NCBI GenBank assembly: GCA_002189035.1
Contig: NEEC01000013.1
Span: forward strand, 620,001-684,000
Direction of reading: 5' to 3'
Length of the DNA: 64,000 nucleotides
DNA from: Utricularia gibba
Lineage: Eukaryota > Plantae > Magnoliophyta
The position numbers were made by a program, and so were the translations under genes. Shown here piece after piece: positions 63,829 to 64,000 of the stretch (position 1 is its first letter; each line of letters begins with the position of its first letter). The notes under the pieces are model-generated. The model was not told the origin of the DNA. It searched no databases and saw nothing but the letters and a program-made list of their open reading frames with translations.

Positions 63829-63980
63829 TTATGGAGTGGTGGATGCCGGCGATGGTGGTGGATTTCCACCTGAATCTGGAGGATCACTTCCCCCGTGACC
63901 TCCGAGATTGGGCAGCGGTGATGGTATTGATGTATTGGGATCCTCCCGCAGAAACCGTGATGACTGCCAGCTTTCACCAC
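63829..63980 (-). CDS. Small secreted Pro-rich peptide precursor, copy 3, exon 2 (exon 1 lies beyond the window)
   Basis: Intact acceptor CTGTTAG|G at 63982-63981; reads (x)GESWQSSRFLREDPNTSIPSPLPNLGGHGGSDPPDSGGNPPPSPASTTP*; 3' UTR colinear with copies 1 and 2. Confidence 0.75.
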
Positions 63981-64000
63981 CTAACAGTTGGAGGAAAATG

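Noticed and set aside
1-64000. rRNA, tRNA, CRISPR arrays or prokaryotic operon-like systems
   Set aside because: None seen; the window is intron-containing plant nuclear DNA, and the repeats present are TE-derived or simple duplications.

Overview
Plant nuclear DNA from a eudicot, probably an asterid: the ETTIN-like N-terminus MMCGLFDLN resembles lamiid ARF3 proteins (inference). The left half (1-29 kb) has five minus-strand host genes: an E6-like secreted protein, a DUF679/DMP membrane protein, a 14-exon GBPL3-like guanylate-binding protein (~1069 aa), a 10-exon ARF3/ETTIN (~624 aa, two tasiR-ARF sites, several uORFs) and a mini zinc finger (MIF). Copia relics lie between them. The right half (30-64 kb) is a nested transposon graveyard of MULE-MITEs, PIF/Harbinger, hAT, Athila-like solo LTRs and a deleted Tat/Retand element. 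Inside it are three related copies (33.4-33.8 kb, 39.1-39.5 kb, 63.8 kb to the window edge) of a two-exon gene that the ORF track misses. It encodes a ~74-aa secreted precursor ending in GNPPPSPA(P/S)T(S/T)P, reminiscent of hydroxyproline-rich systemin (HypSys) phytocytokines. This diversifying peptide array is the best candidate for an undescribed system here. Gene models were built by hand from GT/GC-AG sites and frame continuity; no database searches were run.
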